Positions 27,066 to 36,169 are shown, numbered from the stretch's first letter. The stretch is 64,000 nt of DNA from Candidatus Saccharimonadales bacterium (GCA_038236865.1 JBBRZI010000001.1:9238-73237); one strand, 5' to 3'. The notes: generated by a model from the sequence alone, not told the origin. Translations and numbers: made by a program.

Positions 27066-28003
27066 GAGTCAGTGAACTTATCCATGTCGAAGATCCTTGG
27101 CACAGCCGACTGCGCTGGCTGGCGGTGTTCGTCGTATTGTTCGTGGGCATCGTGTTCGCTTCGTTCGTGGCCCTCGATCGTATTCGGACCTACTCGCTGC
27201 CCACGGGCGGTATCCAGCTCAGCACGCGGTATACGCAGTACTTAGTCGGAGAACCGGTCAGCCTCACAATCAAAAACGGTTTTAATAGCCCGATATCGAT
27301 CATTACCAGCTGTCCATCCGGACCATTCGCGGTCTATCGATCGGTAAATAATAAATGGGTACGTATTCATGACACGATTTCGGCGACAAATTGCTCCGCT
27401 CTGCCGGGAACGTTGCAGCTACCGGCCGCCGGATCGTCAACGCTGTCGTTAAGCGATTGGTCGCAGCTGTTTGCGACTGCCGGCAGTTACCGGATCGCGT
27501 TACACGTCCAGTATACCAATGCCTTACCGTATGTTGATTTTGAGGTCATGACGCCACCAGCGCCTTACGTCGCTAAAGCGCCTGTACCAACCCCTGTTCA
27601 GTCGCCGCAGATAGCAAGTACTCCCAGGAGCGGCACTACGACGCAGTCAACTCCGCTACCGACCAGCCCAAGCTCGACACCGACACCGGCATCGACCCCG
27701 ACACCCTCCACGTCAAGACCGCCGCAGACAATCACGCTGTACGTCAATTCGGCTGGTAATTATTTGACCACAAACATCAGCATGTACGTTGGGGACACGC
27801 TTAAGATTATGTACCAAGCACCGTACGGTGATGAAGTAATTACCAGTTTTAGCCCGATCGCCGGTACGACCACGACCATCGGCTCGATGAAAGTGGATTC
27901 GGAATTCAGGAGTACCAGCCGCGTCTTATCGTCAGCCGGGCATTGGACCTTCAAGGCCGTTGACCATAATGGGAATAGCGGTAGCCTGGTAGTATTACCC
28001 TAG
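27062..28003 (+). CDS. Cassette B gene 4: anchored extracellular Ig-like two-Cys protein with Pro/Thr linker and extra C-terminal beta domain
   Basis: Start set at the ATG at 27062 (ATGA overlap with the upstream stop, the same geometry as cassette A). It has one TM, a paralogous beta domain, a PT-rich linker and a roughly 90-aa C-terminal domain. Confidence 0.6.
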   Translation: MRVSELIHVEDPWHSRLRWLAVFVVLFVGIVFASFVALDRIRTYSLPTGGIQLSTRYTQYLVGEPVSLTIKNGFNSPISIITSCPSGPFAVYRSVNNKWVRIHDTISATNCSALPGTLQLPAAGSSTLSLSDWSQLFATAGSYRIALHVQYTNALPYVDFEVMTPPAPYVAKAPVPTPVQSPQIASTPRSGTTTQSTPLPTSPSSTPTPASTPTPSTSRPPQTITLYVNSAGNYLTTNISMYVGDTLKIMYQAPYGDEVITSFSPIAGTTTTIGSMKVDSEFRSTSRVLSSAGHWTFKAVDHNGNSGSLVVLP

Positions 28004-28018
28004 CCAGCGTTTTGTGAG

Positions 28019-28972
28019 CTAAGTCACCTGTTTTTGTAGGGCGTGACGGTAGAGCTCATCAATCCAATTTGAATGCAGGGCTCGAGCGTCGTTGGCCCAG
28101 GACAATGCTGGCGTTTCGGAATCAGGAGCGTAGTAGCCGACGGGAGCAGTCTGACCGGTCGCTTTATCGCGTTGATATTCTTTGTCGAGATCTGGCCGGT
28201 TGTATTCGGGGTGGCCCTGGATGTACAGGTAAGCGCCGCCGGTACCGTTCGGACTGCTAGCCAGTAGCCAGCCTGCCCGATCGCTGACGGCCAGTAATTC
28301 GAGTGCGGCACCGCCCATTGCCTTAACTGGTATGTCGCCCCAGCGTGAGTGAGGTGATTTTAGGGAGTCGTCTAGCCCGGCAAGTATAGGATTGTTACTG
28401 GATCTATCGACGGTGTGTTCAAATACGCCAAATATTTTGCTTTCTCCAAGCTGGCGTTCAAGCCCGAATAGATGATTGAGAACGAAATGGCCCGCCAAAC
28501 AGGAGTAAATAGTGGAGCGCACATTACCCCTTGCCCAATCGATGACTGCCGCTAATTGGGCGGCATATTTGATGTCGTCCAGTGGCAGAAGCTCTGGCGT
28601 AGTGTTGCTGGCTGCTCCTCGAAGTTCCAAGTTGTCACCGGTCACAATGAACCCGTCGAGTCCTTGTTCGGCCACCTCCGAAAAAGCGGTATAACGGCCA
28701 AGCACCGCACTGCGGCTGGCGCCGTCAGTTTCTCTATAATCATCATCGAATTTAACGAGTACCGGTTCGATTTGCAAAACTGTTCGGCTCATATAGCGAA
28801 GCCACTGAACTTCGGTTGTTTCCATGGCAGCAGCCGGCATAAGATTTAAAATACCAATCCGAGCCGGGCGAATATCTTGGTGGCTGGCTGCTTCTTCGGT
28901 TAGAACAGCAGCGCCACTTTCTTGCAGCCGGTGGTAGAGGTAGCTATCCCCTTCAGGAACGATTATTGGCAT
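28019..28972 (-). CDS. metA: Homoserine O-acyltransferase (MetA family)
   Basis: ORF 28019..29248 trimmed to the ATG at 28972. Contains IRPARIGILNLMP...ETTEVQWLR and later HPEY motifs typical of MetA. Confidence 0.85.
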   Translation of the reverse strand: MPIIVPEGDSYLYHRLQESGAAVLTEEAASHQDIRPARIGILNLMPAAAMETTEVQWLRYMSRTVLQIEPVLVKFDDDYRETDGASRSAVLGRYTAFSEVAEQGLDGFIVTGDNLELRGAASNTTPELLPLDDIKYAAQLAAVIDWARGNVRSTIYSCLAGHFVLNHLFGLERQLGESKIFGVFEHTVDRSSNNPILAGLDDSLKSPHSRWGDIPVKAMGGAALELLAVSDRAGWLLASSPNGTGGAYLYIQGHPEYNRPDLDKEYQRDKATGQTAPVGYYAPDSETPALSWANDARALHSNWIDELYRHALQKQVT

Positions 28973-29167
28973 AAATACTATTTTACGATATTTACCGTAA
29001 TCTGTAAATGGGTGGGCGAGAACTGCCGGGCGGCAGTCGGCAGGGCCAGAAACCTGCTGCGATGTATCGTGCCTGTTGAGGCGGGCTCGCGAAATCTGCC
29101 AACTGCGCATATTTGAAATTTTCCATATTAAAAGATGACCCATTCGAGACATTTTCAGTGTACGTAG

Positions 29168-29185
29168 TGGCTGGGGCGGAGGGAT
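29168..29185. repeat. 18-nt perfect direct copy of the tRNA-Gln 3' end (tggctggggcggagggat)
   Basis: Identical to 29416..29433 (CCA, discriminator base, acceptor 3' strand and the start of the T stem). Read directly. Confidence 0.85.
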
Positions 29186-29383
29186 GCGCTTCGCTTTTCC
29201 ACTGCGGCGTGCTCGAAGCAAGCTCCTGCGCGCGTCATATAGCTTCAAGCCGGGAAAACTATAATTCTATAAGCAGGTTTTCTCTGTTTCGGCATATACT
29301 TCTGCTGATCGCAGAATTATCGCTCCACCGCACCCCAATGCCGTTGGCATGGGGTTCTAGTAGCCCACAGCCGCTAGCCAAAT

Positions 29384-29412
29384 AAAAATACCTAGGCAAG
29401 CTAGGTATTTTT
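29384..29412 (-). terminator. Rho-independent terminator downstream of tRNA-Gln
   Basis: The minus strand reads AAAAATACCTAG-CTTGC-CTAGGTATTTTTATTT. Confidence 0.6.
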
Positions 29413-29415
29413 ATA

Positions 29416-29491
29416 TGGCTGGGGCGGAGGGATTCGAACCCCCGAAATGCCAGTACCAAAAACTGGTGCCTTACCACTTGGCCACGCCCCA
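29416..29491 (-). tRNA. tRNA-Gln (anticodon UUG), CCA encoded
   Basis: Hand-folded cloverleaf. The acceptor is TGGGGCG/CGCCCCA (U1-A72). The anticodon stem is CCAGT/ACTGG with loop TTTTGGT. The T arm is GGGGG-TTCGAAT-CCCTC. It ends GCCA. Confidence 0.9.
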
Positions 29492-29557
29492 TTGATTAGA
29501 AGATCGTCACGGACTGTAACGAACTCGAGGCATTATAGCGAAAATTAGCTAGTAGGG

Positions 29558-30331
29558 CTAGTAGCTCTCACCACCCGAGACGTTAAAAAACTCCTCGAGG
29601 GTGCTGACGCCCTTGGTGTGCATTTCTTGACTCAGCTCGGTGCCGACGTAGCGAACGTGCCAGGGTTCGTAGGTGTAGCCGGTTACTGTTTGCTTGTCGA
29701 TCGGGTAGCGAACAATGAAGCCGAAGCGGTAGCTATTGCTAGCGAGCCACTGGCCTTCCAAGGTTGCTGCGTAGCACTGCTCGATGTCGCAGCGCGGGTT
29801 ACTAGTGCCGCCGAGGTCAACTGCCAGGCCAGTCTGGTGTTCGCTATAGCCCGGACGGGCACTCTGGGAGTCGGCGACGGCTTGGCCCTGCTGAGTAACG
29901 TATCGATTGTAGAGGCTCCCCTGGTAGCTGTAGGAACGATAGCCACTTTGCAGGTTTAGGTTAATTCCTACAACTTTGGCGTCTGCAATCATAGTTTGCA
30001 AGGCTGTGGCCATATCACTCCGGACGTACTTTTCGGAGCTGGTGATATTGGCACGTAACGGGATAGTTGGCACTACCAGATTGCTCGGAGCGTAGTTGGT
30101 GGGGCTTAATGCGTGCTGCTTGTTGGTGATCACCCACAGACTGGCTGGGTCGCTTGTTGAGTAGAGGGCGGCGTTAAAGCTGACTGGTATAGTGGGCGCT
30201 GGTTGCGGTGACACCTTAACGGGAGACGGCAAACTTGGTTTGGGGGCGCTGACACGACTAGGGTGGCCGAAGAGGTAGGCGCCGATCAGAATACTTGCAA
30301 CCAAGCTGATGACTAGTAGATATTTTTTCAT
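29558..30331 (-). CDS. VanY-type D-alanyl-D-alanine carboxypeptidase (peptidase M15B)
   Basis: Start trimmed to MKKYLLVISLVASIL (30331). Contains SGYRSYSYQ, SARPGYSEHQTGLAVDL and EPWHVRYVG motifs. Confidence 0.8.
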   Translation of the reverse strand: MKKYLLVISLVASILIGAYLFGHPSRVSAPKPSLPSPVKVSPQPAPTIPVSFNAALYSTSDPASLWVITNKQHALSPTNYAPSNLVVPTIPLRANITSSEKYVRSDMATALQTMIADAKVVGINLNLQSGYRSYSYQGSLYNRYVTQQGQAVADSQSARPGYSEHQTGLAVDLGGTSNPRCDIEQCYAATLEGQWLASNSYRFGFIVRYPIDKQTVTGYTYEPWHVRYVGTELSQEMHTKGVSTLEEFFNVSGGESY

Positions 30332-30416
30332 AATTACAGCTCTCATTGTACAGCATACCAGCGCCGATAACTGGCTAAAGCTGTCAAAATTTGGTACAGT
30401 TTCAAGTAACTTTGGT

Positions 30417-31349
30417 ATGAGTAAAGCAATTGTAACTAGTCTGGCCGAGTACGTCGCGCCCTTAAACATTAACGGCTTAGAAGGTCGTGTGTTGCGCTTG
30501 CCGGCGCCCAAAAATCGAAAACGTGAAATCCTGTTGCTGTACGGCAGTCACGCGAACCTTGAACGCATGTTTGGTCTGGCCGAGGAATTTAATAAGTTTG
30601 GGGCTGTTACCCTGCCCGATCTGCCTGGCTTTGGTGGCATGGACAGCCTGTACAGTATTGGCCGTAAGCCCGATATTGATACCATGGCTGATTATCTAGC
30701 GTCATTCGTGAAGATGCGCTACAAGCGCCGCCGGTTTACGATTATCGGCATGTCGTATGGCTTCATTGTGGCTACCCGCATGCTGCAGCGCTACCCCGCC
30801 CTCGCTAAAAACGTCGAATTTATCGTCAGTATTGTCGGATTTGCGCATAAAGATGATTTTAAAATTCCCAAGCGTACTTTCTTTTGGATGAAGTTTGGCA
30901 CGTCTATCTTGCAGCATCGACTGCCGTGTCTTGTCGCTCAAGTAGCTCTCAAGGGGCCAACGATTCGCGCCGCCTATAACCTCGTGGCCGACCGTCACGC
31001 CAAAATGAAAGATGCCGATGAGCTAGAGCGTCAGCGCCGGATCGACTTTGAGATCGTGCTTTGGAAGTGCAATGATCTACGGACGTATTTTTACACGGCC
31101 CATAGCATGTTCCACCTGGATTTATGCGACAAACAAGCAACGGTGCCGGTCTATCATGTCGCCGTATCGAGTGACCAGTATTTCGATAATACAATTGTTG
31201 AGCAGCACCTCGCCATTATCTATCCGATCGTGCACGTCATCCCGGTGACATTGACGGCTCATATGCCGACTATCGTTGCTACTGCCAAAGACGCCGCGCC
31301 GTTTATCCCCCGTAAACTACGCACAATCTTAGCTCGGGCGGTGAAATGA
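30417..31349 (+). CDS. Alpha/beta-fold hydrolase
   Basis: Start trimmed to the ATG at 30417. Has the nucleophile elbow GMSYG and an LLLYGSHAN oxyanion-region pattern. Confidence 0.6.
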   Translation: MSKAIVTSLAEYVAPLNINGLEGRVLRLPAPKNRKREILLLYGSHANLERMFGLAEEFNKFGAVTLPDLPGFGGMDSLYSIGRKPDIDTMADYLASFVKMRYKRRRFTIIGMSYGFIVATRMLQRYPALAKNVEFIVSIVGFAHKDDFKIPKRTFFWMKFGTSILQHRLPCLVAQVALKGPTIRAAYNLVADRHAKMKDADELERQRRIDFEIVLWKCNDLRTYFYTAHSMFHLDLCDKQATVPVYHVAVSSDQYFDNTIVEQHLAIIYPIVHVIPVTLTAHMPTIVATAKDAAPFIPRKLRTILARAVK

Positions 31350-31356
31350 TATACTT

Positions 31357-32508
31357 ATGGGAATGAAAATTGGAATCGTCTGTCCGTACAACATCCTCAA
31401 AGACGGAGGTGTCCAGGAACACGTCAAGGCGTTGCTGGCTGAATTACTGGCGCGCGGTTACGAAGCCAAGATCATCACACCGCTGCCCCGCGACTTTCGT
31501 GAAGTGCCGGATTTACCCAATACCATCTTTGTTGGTACCTCGACTGATTTTCATTCACCAACCCACACCAGTGCGCAAGTTTCGGCGATCGCTGATACTG
31601 ACACCATCGATAAGGTTCTGACGGACGAACAGTTTGATATTTTGCACTTTCACGAACCGTGGATACCGATGTTAAGCCGGCAGATTCTGCAACGGTCCAC
31701 CAGTATTAATGTGGCCACCTTCCACGCGAAGATCCCCGAGACGCTGATGAGTCGAACGGTTATTCGTGTGGTTACGCCCTATATGAAATCGTGCCTCAAA
31801 TACATTCACGAATATACGGCTGTTTCGAGCTCGGCGGCCGAATACGTCGGCGGCCTCACCGATGAACCAATCACCATTATTCCCAATGGTATAGACCTCG
31901 ACCACTACAAGTTTCATAAGAAGGCCGCCTTGCCCGACGATCAAGCCAAAATGATTCTGTTCATTGGGCGCCTGGAGCGCCGCAAGGGCGTCAAGTACTT
32001 GCTCCACGCGTACCAAGTGCTGACTCGGGAGAATCCTAATCTTAAATTAGTTATTGCCGGCGATGGACCGGATCGCGAAAAGCTGATGCTGCTGGCCGAA
32101 GACCTTAGATTGCCGAATGTTACATTTTTGGGCTATATTTCTGATGAACTCAAGATGCAACTACTGCACGACGCCTCTGTATTTTGCTCGCCCGCCATCT
32201 TTGGTGAGAGTTTTGGCATCGTGTTGTTAGAAGCAATGGCGACCGGCACTGTCGTTGTGGCCGGTAACAATTCGGGTTACACCGATGTCATGCAAGGCGT
32301 CGGGGCTGTATCGATTATTAATCCACACGACAGCGTGGAATTTGCCCGCCGCCTCGAAACGCTGCTGTACGAACCTGCTCTATGTACGCTCTGGCAAAAA
32401 TGGGCGACCAAGTACGTCAAACAATTTAGTTATGCGAATATCGTCGATCGCTATGAAGAGCTGTATGCCGACGCCTTGAGCCGCGATCATGACGTATCAG
32501 CCGACTAA
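31357..32508 (+). CDS. Glycosyltransferase family 4
   Basis: 383 aa with MKIGIVCPY..., FIGRLERRKGV and the FCSPAIFGESFGIVLLEAMATG E-x7-E region. Confidence 0.85.
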   Translation: MGMKIGIVCPYNILKDGGVQEHVKALLAELLARGYEAKIITPLPRDFREVPDLPNTIFVGTSTDFHSPTHTSAQVSAIADTDTIDKVLTDEQFDILHFHEPWIPMLSRQILQRSTSINVATFHAKIPETLMSRTVIRVVTPYMKSCLKYIHEYTAVSSSAAEYVGGLTDEPITIIPNGIDLDHYKFHKKAALPDDQAKMILFIGRLERRKGVKYLLHAYQVLTRENPNLKLVIAGDGPDREKLMLLAEDLRLPNVTFLGYISDELKMQLLHDASVFCSPAIFGESFGIVLLEAMATGTVVVAGNNSGYTDVMQGVGAVSIINPHDSVEFARRLETLLYEPALCTLWQKWATKYVKQFSYANIVDRYEELYADALSRDHDVSAD

Positions 32509-33643
32509 TCTCAAAATTGGCTTAGTGCTCGACGATTCGCTCGATAAGCCCGATGGTGTACAACAGTATGTGCTTGGTATCGGCGCTTGGCTCAGCGCCC
32601 AGGGCCACGAAGTGCACTATTTGGTCGGTCAAACTGCCCGTCAGGACATTCCGCACGTTCATAGCCTGAGCCGTAACCTCAAGGTTACGTTTAACGGCAA
32701 TCGCCTGTCCATCCCCTTGCCGGCTAGCCGCCGCCGCCTCAAAGCCTTGTTGGACCGTGAGCAATACGATGTATTACATATCCAAACCCCCTACAGTCCC
32801 TGGCTGGCCCACCGCTTAATACTCGCCGCCGGGCCGCGCACGGCCGTTTTTGGAACATTTCACATCGTGGCGTATTCCAGGTTCGTCCAGCTGGCGACGC
32901 GGGTCTTAGCTGTCTGGACCCGGCGCTCCAGTCGGCGGTTTGACACAATGTTCAGCGTCTCGAGCGCCGCCCAAGCTTACGCCCAAGCCACCTATGGCCT
33001 GTCGAGTACGGTGCTACCCAATGTAGTTGATTATGCTCGCTTTCATACAGCCGCGCCGCTCCAGCCGGGCCGGGCTGGGCTGCAGATCTTGTTTTTGGGC
33101 CGGCTGGTGCCGCGCAAGGGTTGCCAGGTGCTGTTAGCAGCGATTGCGGAGTTAGTGGCGACGCGGCCAACGCTACCGGCCTTTAACGTCATGATCTGCG
33201 GTAAGGGCCCGCTCCTAGCCAGTCTGAAAGACTATGCGCGCACGTCGGGGATAGCTGACCGAGTTGAATTCGTCGGTTTTGTCAGCGAAGCCGCTAAGCC
33301 AAGCTACTATGCATCAGCCGATATCGCGGTGTTCCCCAGTTCGGGCGGTGAAAGCTTTGGCATCGTGCTGATAGAGGCCATGGCCAGCGGTCAGGCAGCC
33401 GTGTTGGCCGGCGACAACAGCGGCTACCGCTCGGTGATGTCTGACCAGCCCGAGCTATTGTTTAATCCTAAAGATGTCCACGCCCTGGCCACTAAGTTAG
33501 AAAGCTATATGACCAAAGCACCGCTGCGGCAAGCCGCGGCCGCCTGGGGTGAACACTATAGCCAGCAGTTTGATACGACCGTCGTCGGCACGCAATTGGT
33601 AGCCAGCTACACATTGGCATTGCAGAAACGGCGCACTCCATAG
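32489..33643 (+). CDS. Glycosyltransferase family 4
   Basis: 384 aa with LKIGLVLDDS..., FLGRLVPRKG and FPSSGGESFGIVLIEAMASG. Overlaps the previous GT4 gene by 20 nt. Confidence 0.85.
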   Translation: MTYQPTNLKIGLVLDDSLDKPDGVQQYVLGIGAWLSAQGHEVHYLVGQTARQDIPHVHSLSRNLKVTFNGNRLSIPLPASRRRLKALLDREQYDVLHIQTPYSPWLAHRLILAAGPRTAVFGTFHIVAYSRFVQLATRVLAVWTRRSSRRFDTMFSVSSAAQAYAQATYGLSSTVLPNVVDYARFHTAAPLQPGRAGLQILFLGRLVPRKGCQVLLAAIAELVATRPTLPAFNVMICGKGPLLASLKDYARTSGIADRVEFVGFVSEAAKPSYYASADIAVFPSSGGESFGIVLIEAMASGQAAVLAGDNSGYRSVMSDQPELLFNPKDVHALATKLESYMTKAPLRQAAAAWGEHYSQQFDTTVVGTQLVASYTLALQKRRTP

Positions 33644-33654
33644 ATAATAGGGGT

Positions 33655-34785
33655 ATGTTCCGCATTACCCGTCCTTCCGACCCCTCCGAAGTCGCCATTA
33701 CCATATCCGTTAAAACCTTCGCCAAAGTTATTGCTATGGTCGTAGGTACCATCGTGCTCCTACTGGCAGTGAAGCGCGCCTCACACGCCTTGCTGTTGAT
33801 ATTCTTTGCCTTTTTTCTAGCCCTCGCCCTGAACGCCCCTGTGAATTGGGTCAGTCAAAGACTGCCTGGCAAACGACGCGGCAGCCGCGCGCTGGCCACC
33901 TCATTGTCGTTCTTGCTAGTAGTGGTGCTACTCGGTGCCTTTTTAGGCAGTTTAGTACCGCCGCTGGCCCGTCAAACCCAAAGCCTCATCAGCGCCGCTC
34001 CCCATCTGGTGCAGGACTTCGGCAACCAAGACAGTCAAGCTGGTCGGCTTGTCCGCCGCTACCACCTGCAGAACGAGATCACGAGCGTTTCAGATCAATT
34101 GTCGGCCCGACTCAAGAGCGCCGGCGGCAGCGCTTTTTCGACAGTCCAAAAAATCAGTGGTAGCGTCTTTGCTTTAGTCACCATTTTGGTCCTGACATTT
34201 ATGATGTTGGTGGAAGGTCCGGCTTGGTTGCTGTTTCTGCGTGACCTCATTCCGGATCGCCGCCACCGACTGGCCGACCGATTGGCCCACGATATGTATG
34301 ATGTCATCAAAGGCTTCGTCAATGGTCAAGTCACGCTGGCGGCTTTGGCGGCCGTCTTAATCTCACCGGCTTTGTTCATCTTGCACGTCAGCTACCCGGT
34401 GGCCTTGATCGTCATCATCTTTATCTGTGGATTGATTCCGATGGTTGGTCACACGATCGGCGCTATCATCGTGACCTTCGTGGCGATGTTTCATTCGACC
34501 AGTGCGGCCCTCATCATCCTGGCCTACTATATTCTCTACCAACAAATCGAGAACTACACGATTCAGCCCCGTATCCAAGCTAACTCAACCAACATGTCGC
34601 CGTTACTCGTCTTCGTGGCGGTCGTTATCGGTGTCAGTTTTGGCGGCCTGTTCGGCGCCCTGATTGCTATCCCGTTTGCCGGCTGCGTGCGCATCGTGGT
34701 GCTAGAGTACTTACGCAATCAAAAGACCATCGATGGTCCTTACATTCGCGAAGCCATCAAAGAAGCTACAATCGATACCAAATAG
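33655..34785 (+). CDS. AI-2E family transporter (PerM-like)
   Basis: 376 aa and polytopic, with GFVNGQVTLAALAAV and GLIPMVGHTIGAI patterns. Confidence 0.8.
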   Translation: MFRITRPSDPSEVAITISVKTFAKVIAMVVGTIVLLLAVKRASHALLLIFFAFFLALALNAPVNWVSQRLPGKRRGSRALATSLSFLLVVVLLGAFLGSLVPPLARQTQSLISAAPHLVQDFGNQDSQAGRLVRRYHLQNEITSVSDQLSARLKSAGGSAFSTVQKISGSVFALVTILVLTFMMLVEGPAWLLFLRDLIPDRRHRLADRLAHDMYDVIKGFVNGQVTLAALAAVLISPALFILHVSYPVALIVIIFICGLIPMVGHTIGAIIVTFVAMFHSTSAALIILAYYILYQQIENYTIQPRIQANSTNMSPLLVFVAVVIGVSFGGLFGALIAIPFAGCVRIVVLEYLRNQKTIDGPYIREAIKEATIDTK

Positions 34786-36169
34786 GTCCAACCGGCAGGT
34801 CACGGATGCCAATGCCCTGCTCGGCCAAACTGGCTCGGAGAGTATCAGACAGAGCCCAATCGCTCGCTGCACGGGCGGCTTGACGCTCGGCAAGTAGTCG
34901 GGTCTGTTCGTCGCTCAGTGGCAGCGCGTGCACGTCAATACCGAGCACAGCACGCAAATAGTCCAAGAATTCGTTAAAAACTGGGGCGGATTGTTCAGTG
35001 AGTAGCTGAACTTCCAGCTCGGAGAATAGCTCGTCGATCAGCTTGAGGGCCCGCGGTGTATTAAGGTCGTTTTGCAACTGCAAGGCGATGGCTTTTTGGG
35101 CCGTCTTAATGAGCGAGCGTATCGGTTCAGAGTTTTCCAGCGACTGGGTTTGCCAGAGCAGTGCCCCGACTGTCTGCCAGTGGCGTAGCCGATTTTGGGC
35201 GGCCACCAGGCTATCCCAGCTGAATTTAGCCTGCGAGCGATAGTGCGACTCGTGGACGTGCAATCGAATGGCGTCGGCTGAAATGCCTTTCGCGGTTATT
35301 TCTTGCAAGCGAATGCCGTTACCGAGGCTTTTAGATATCTTCTCGCCGTCGACCATGACGTGGTTGCTGTGAAACCAAAGGTTAGCAAATCGCTTGCCGG
35401 TAGCGGCTTCACTTTGGGCGATTTCGTTGGTATGGTGCACGGGGATATGGTCGATGCCGCCGGTATGGATATCGAGGGTTTCGCCAAGATACTTCATGCT
35501 CATGGCCGAACATTCAATGTGCCAGCCGGGGAAACCTTTGCCCCACGGGCTATCCCATTCCATATCACGGGCCGCGCCGGCCGGCGAAAACTTCCAGACG
35601 GCAAAATCGGATGGATTACGTTTTTGGGGGTTAACTATGACGCGGCCGCTGGCTTGCTGCTCGTCGAGGTCAAGCCGAGCAAATGCGGCGTAGCCTTCGA
35701 ACTGGCTAGTGTCGTAGTAGACGCCGTCGTCGATTACGTAGGTGTAGCCTTTGGTTTGCAGGGTTTTGATAAGCTCAATTTGTTCGGCGATGTGATCAGT
35801 TGCTTTCACCAGTTGGTCGGGCGTGAGCATATGTAGCTGGTGCATGCCAGCCACGAAATCCTGGGTGTAGAACTCGGCGACTTCCCAAGCGGTTTTGCCT
35901 TCGCGCTTCGCCCCTTTTTCTAGCTTGTCTTCACCATCGTCGGCGTCGGACACTAAGTGCCCGACATCAGTAATGTTCATGACCCAGTTGGTTTCTAAGC
36001 CGGAAGCTTTCAGGACGCGGATTAACGTGTCCATACGCACATAGTTAAACCAGTGACCGATGTGGGCATAATCGTAGACAGTCGGGCCACAGGTGTAGAC
36101 GGTGATGGCGGGCGGATTAAGCGGACTGACTTCGTCAATTTGTTTGGTGAGGGTGTTGTACAGTTTCAT
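34766..36169 (-). CDS. cysS: Cysteine--tRNA ligase
   Basis: Contains MKLYNTLTKQ..., CGPTVYDYAHIGH (HIGH) and KISKSLGN (KMSKS). Confidence 0.95.
   Translation of the reverse strand: MKLYNTLTKQIDEVSPLNPPAITVYTCGPTVYDYAHIGHWFNYVRMDTLIRVLKASGLETNWVMNITDVGHLVSDADDGEDKLEKGAKREGKTAWEVAEFYTQDFVAGMHQLHMLTPDQLVKATDHIAEQIELIKTLQTKGYTYVIDDGVYYDTSQFEGYAAFARLDLDEQQASGRVIVNPQKRNPSDFAVWKFSPAGAARDMEWDSPWGKGFPGWHIECSAMSMKYLGETLDIHTGGIDHIPVHHTNEIAQSEAATGKRFANLWFHSNHVMVDGEKISKSLGNGIRLQEITAKGISADAIRLHVHESHYRSQAKFSWDSLVAAQNRLRHWQTVGALLWQTQSLENSEPIRSLIKTAQKAIALQLQNDLNTPRALKLIDELFSELEVQLLTEQSAPVFNEFLDYLRAVLGIDVHALPLSDEQTRLLAERQAARAASDWALSDTLRASLAEQGIGIRDLPVGPIWYRL

Noticed and set aside
28973-29167. SAM (S-box) riboswitch in the long metA leader
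   Set aside because: The conserved S-box strings (GAGGGA...GGCAACC...) are absent by eye, and no terminator or antiterminator pair is evident.
28973-29248. N-terminal 92 codons of ORF 28019..29248 (409 aa)
   Set aside because: This is basic, low-complexity read-through of the leader. The MetA homology begins at the Met at 28972, which gives a normal-length enzyme of about 318 aa.
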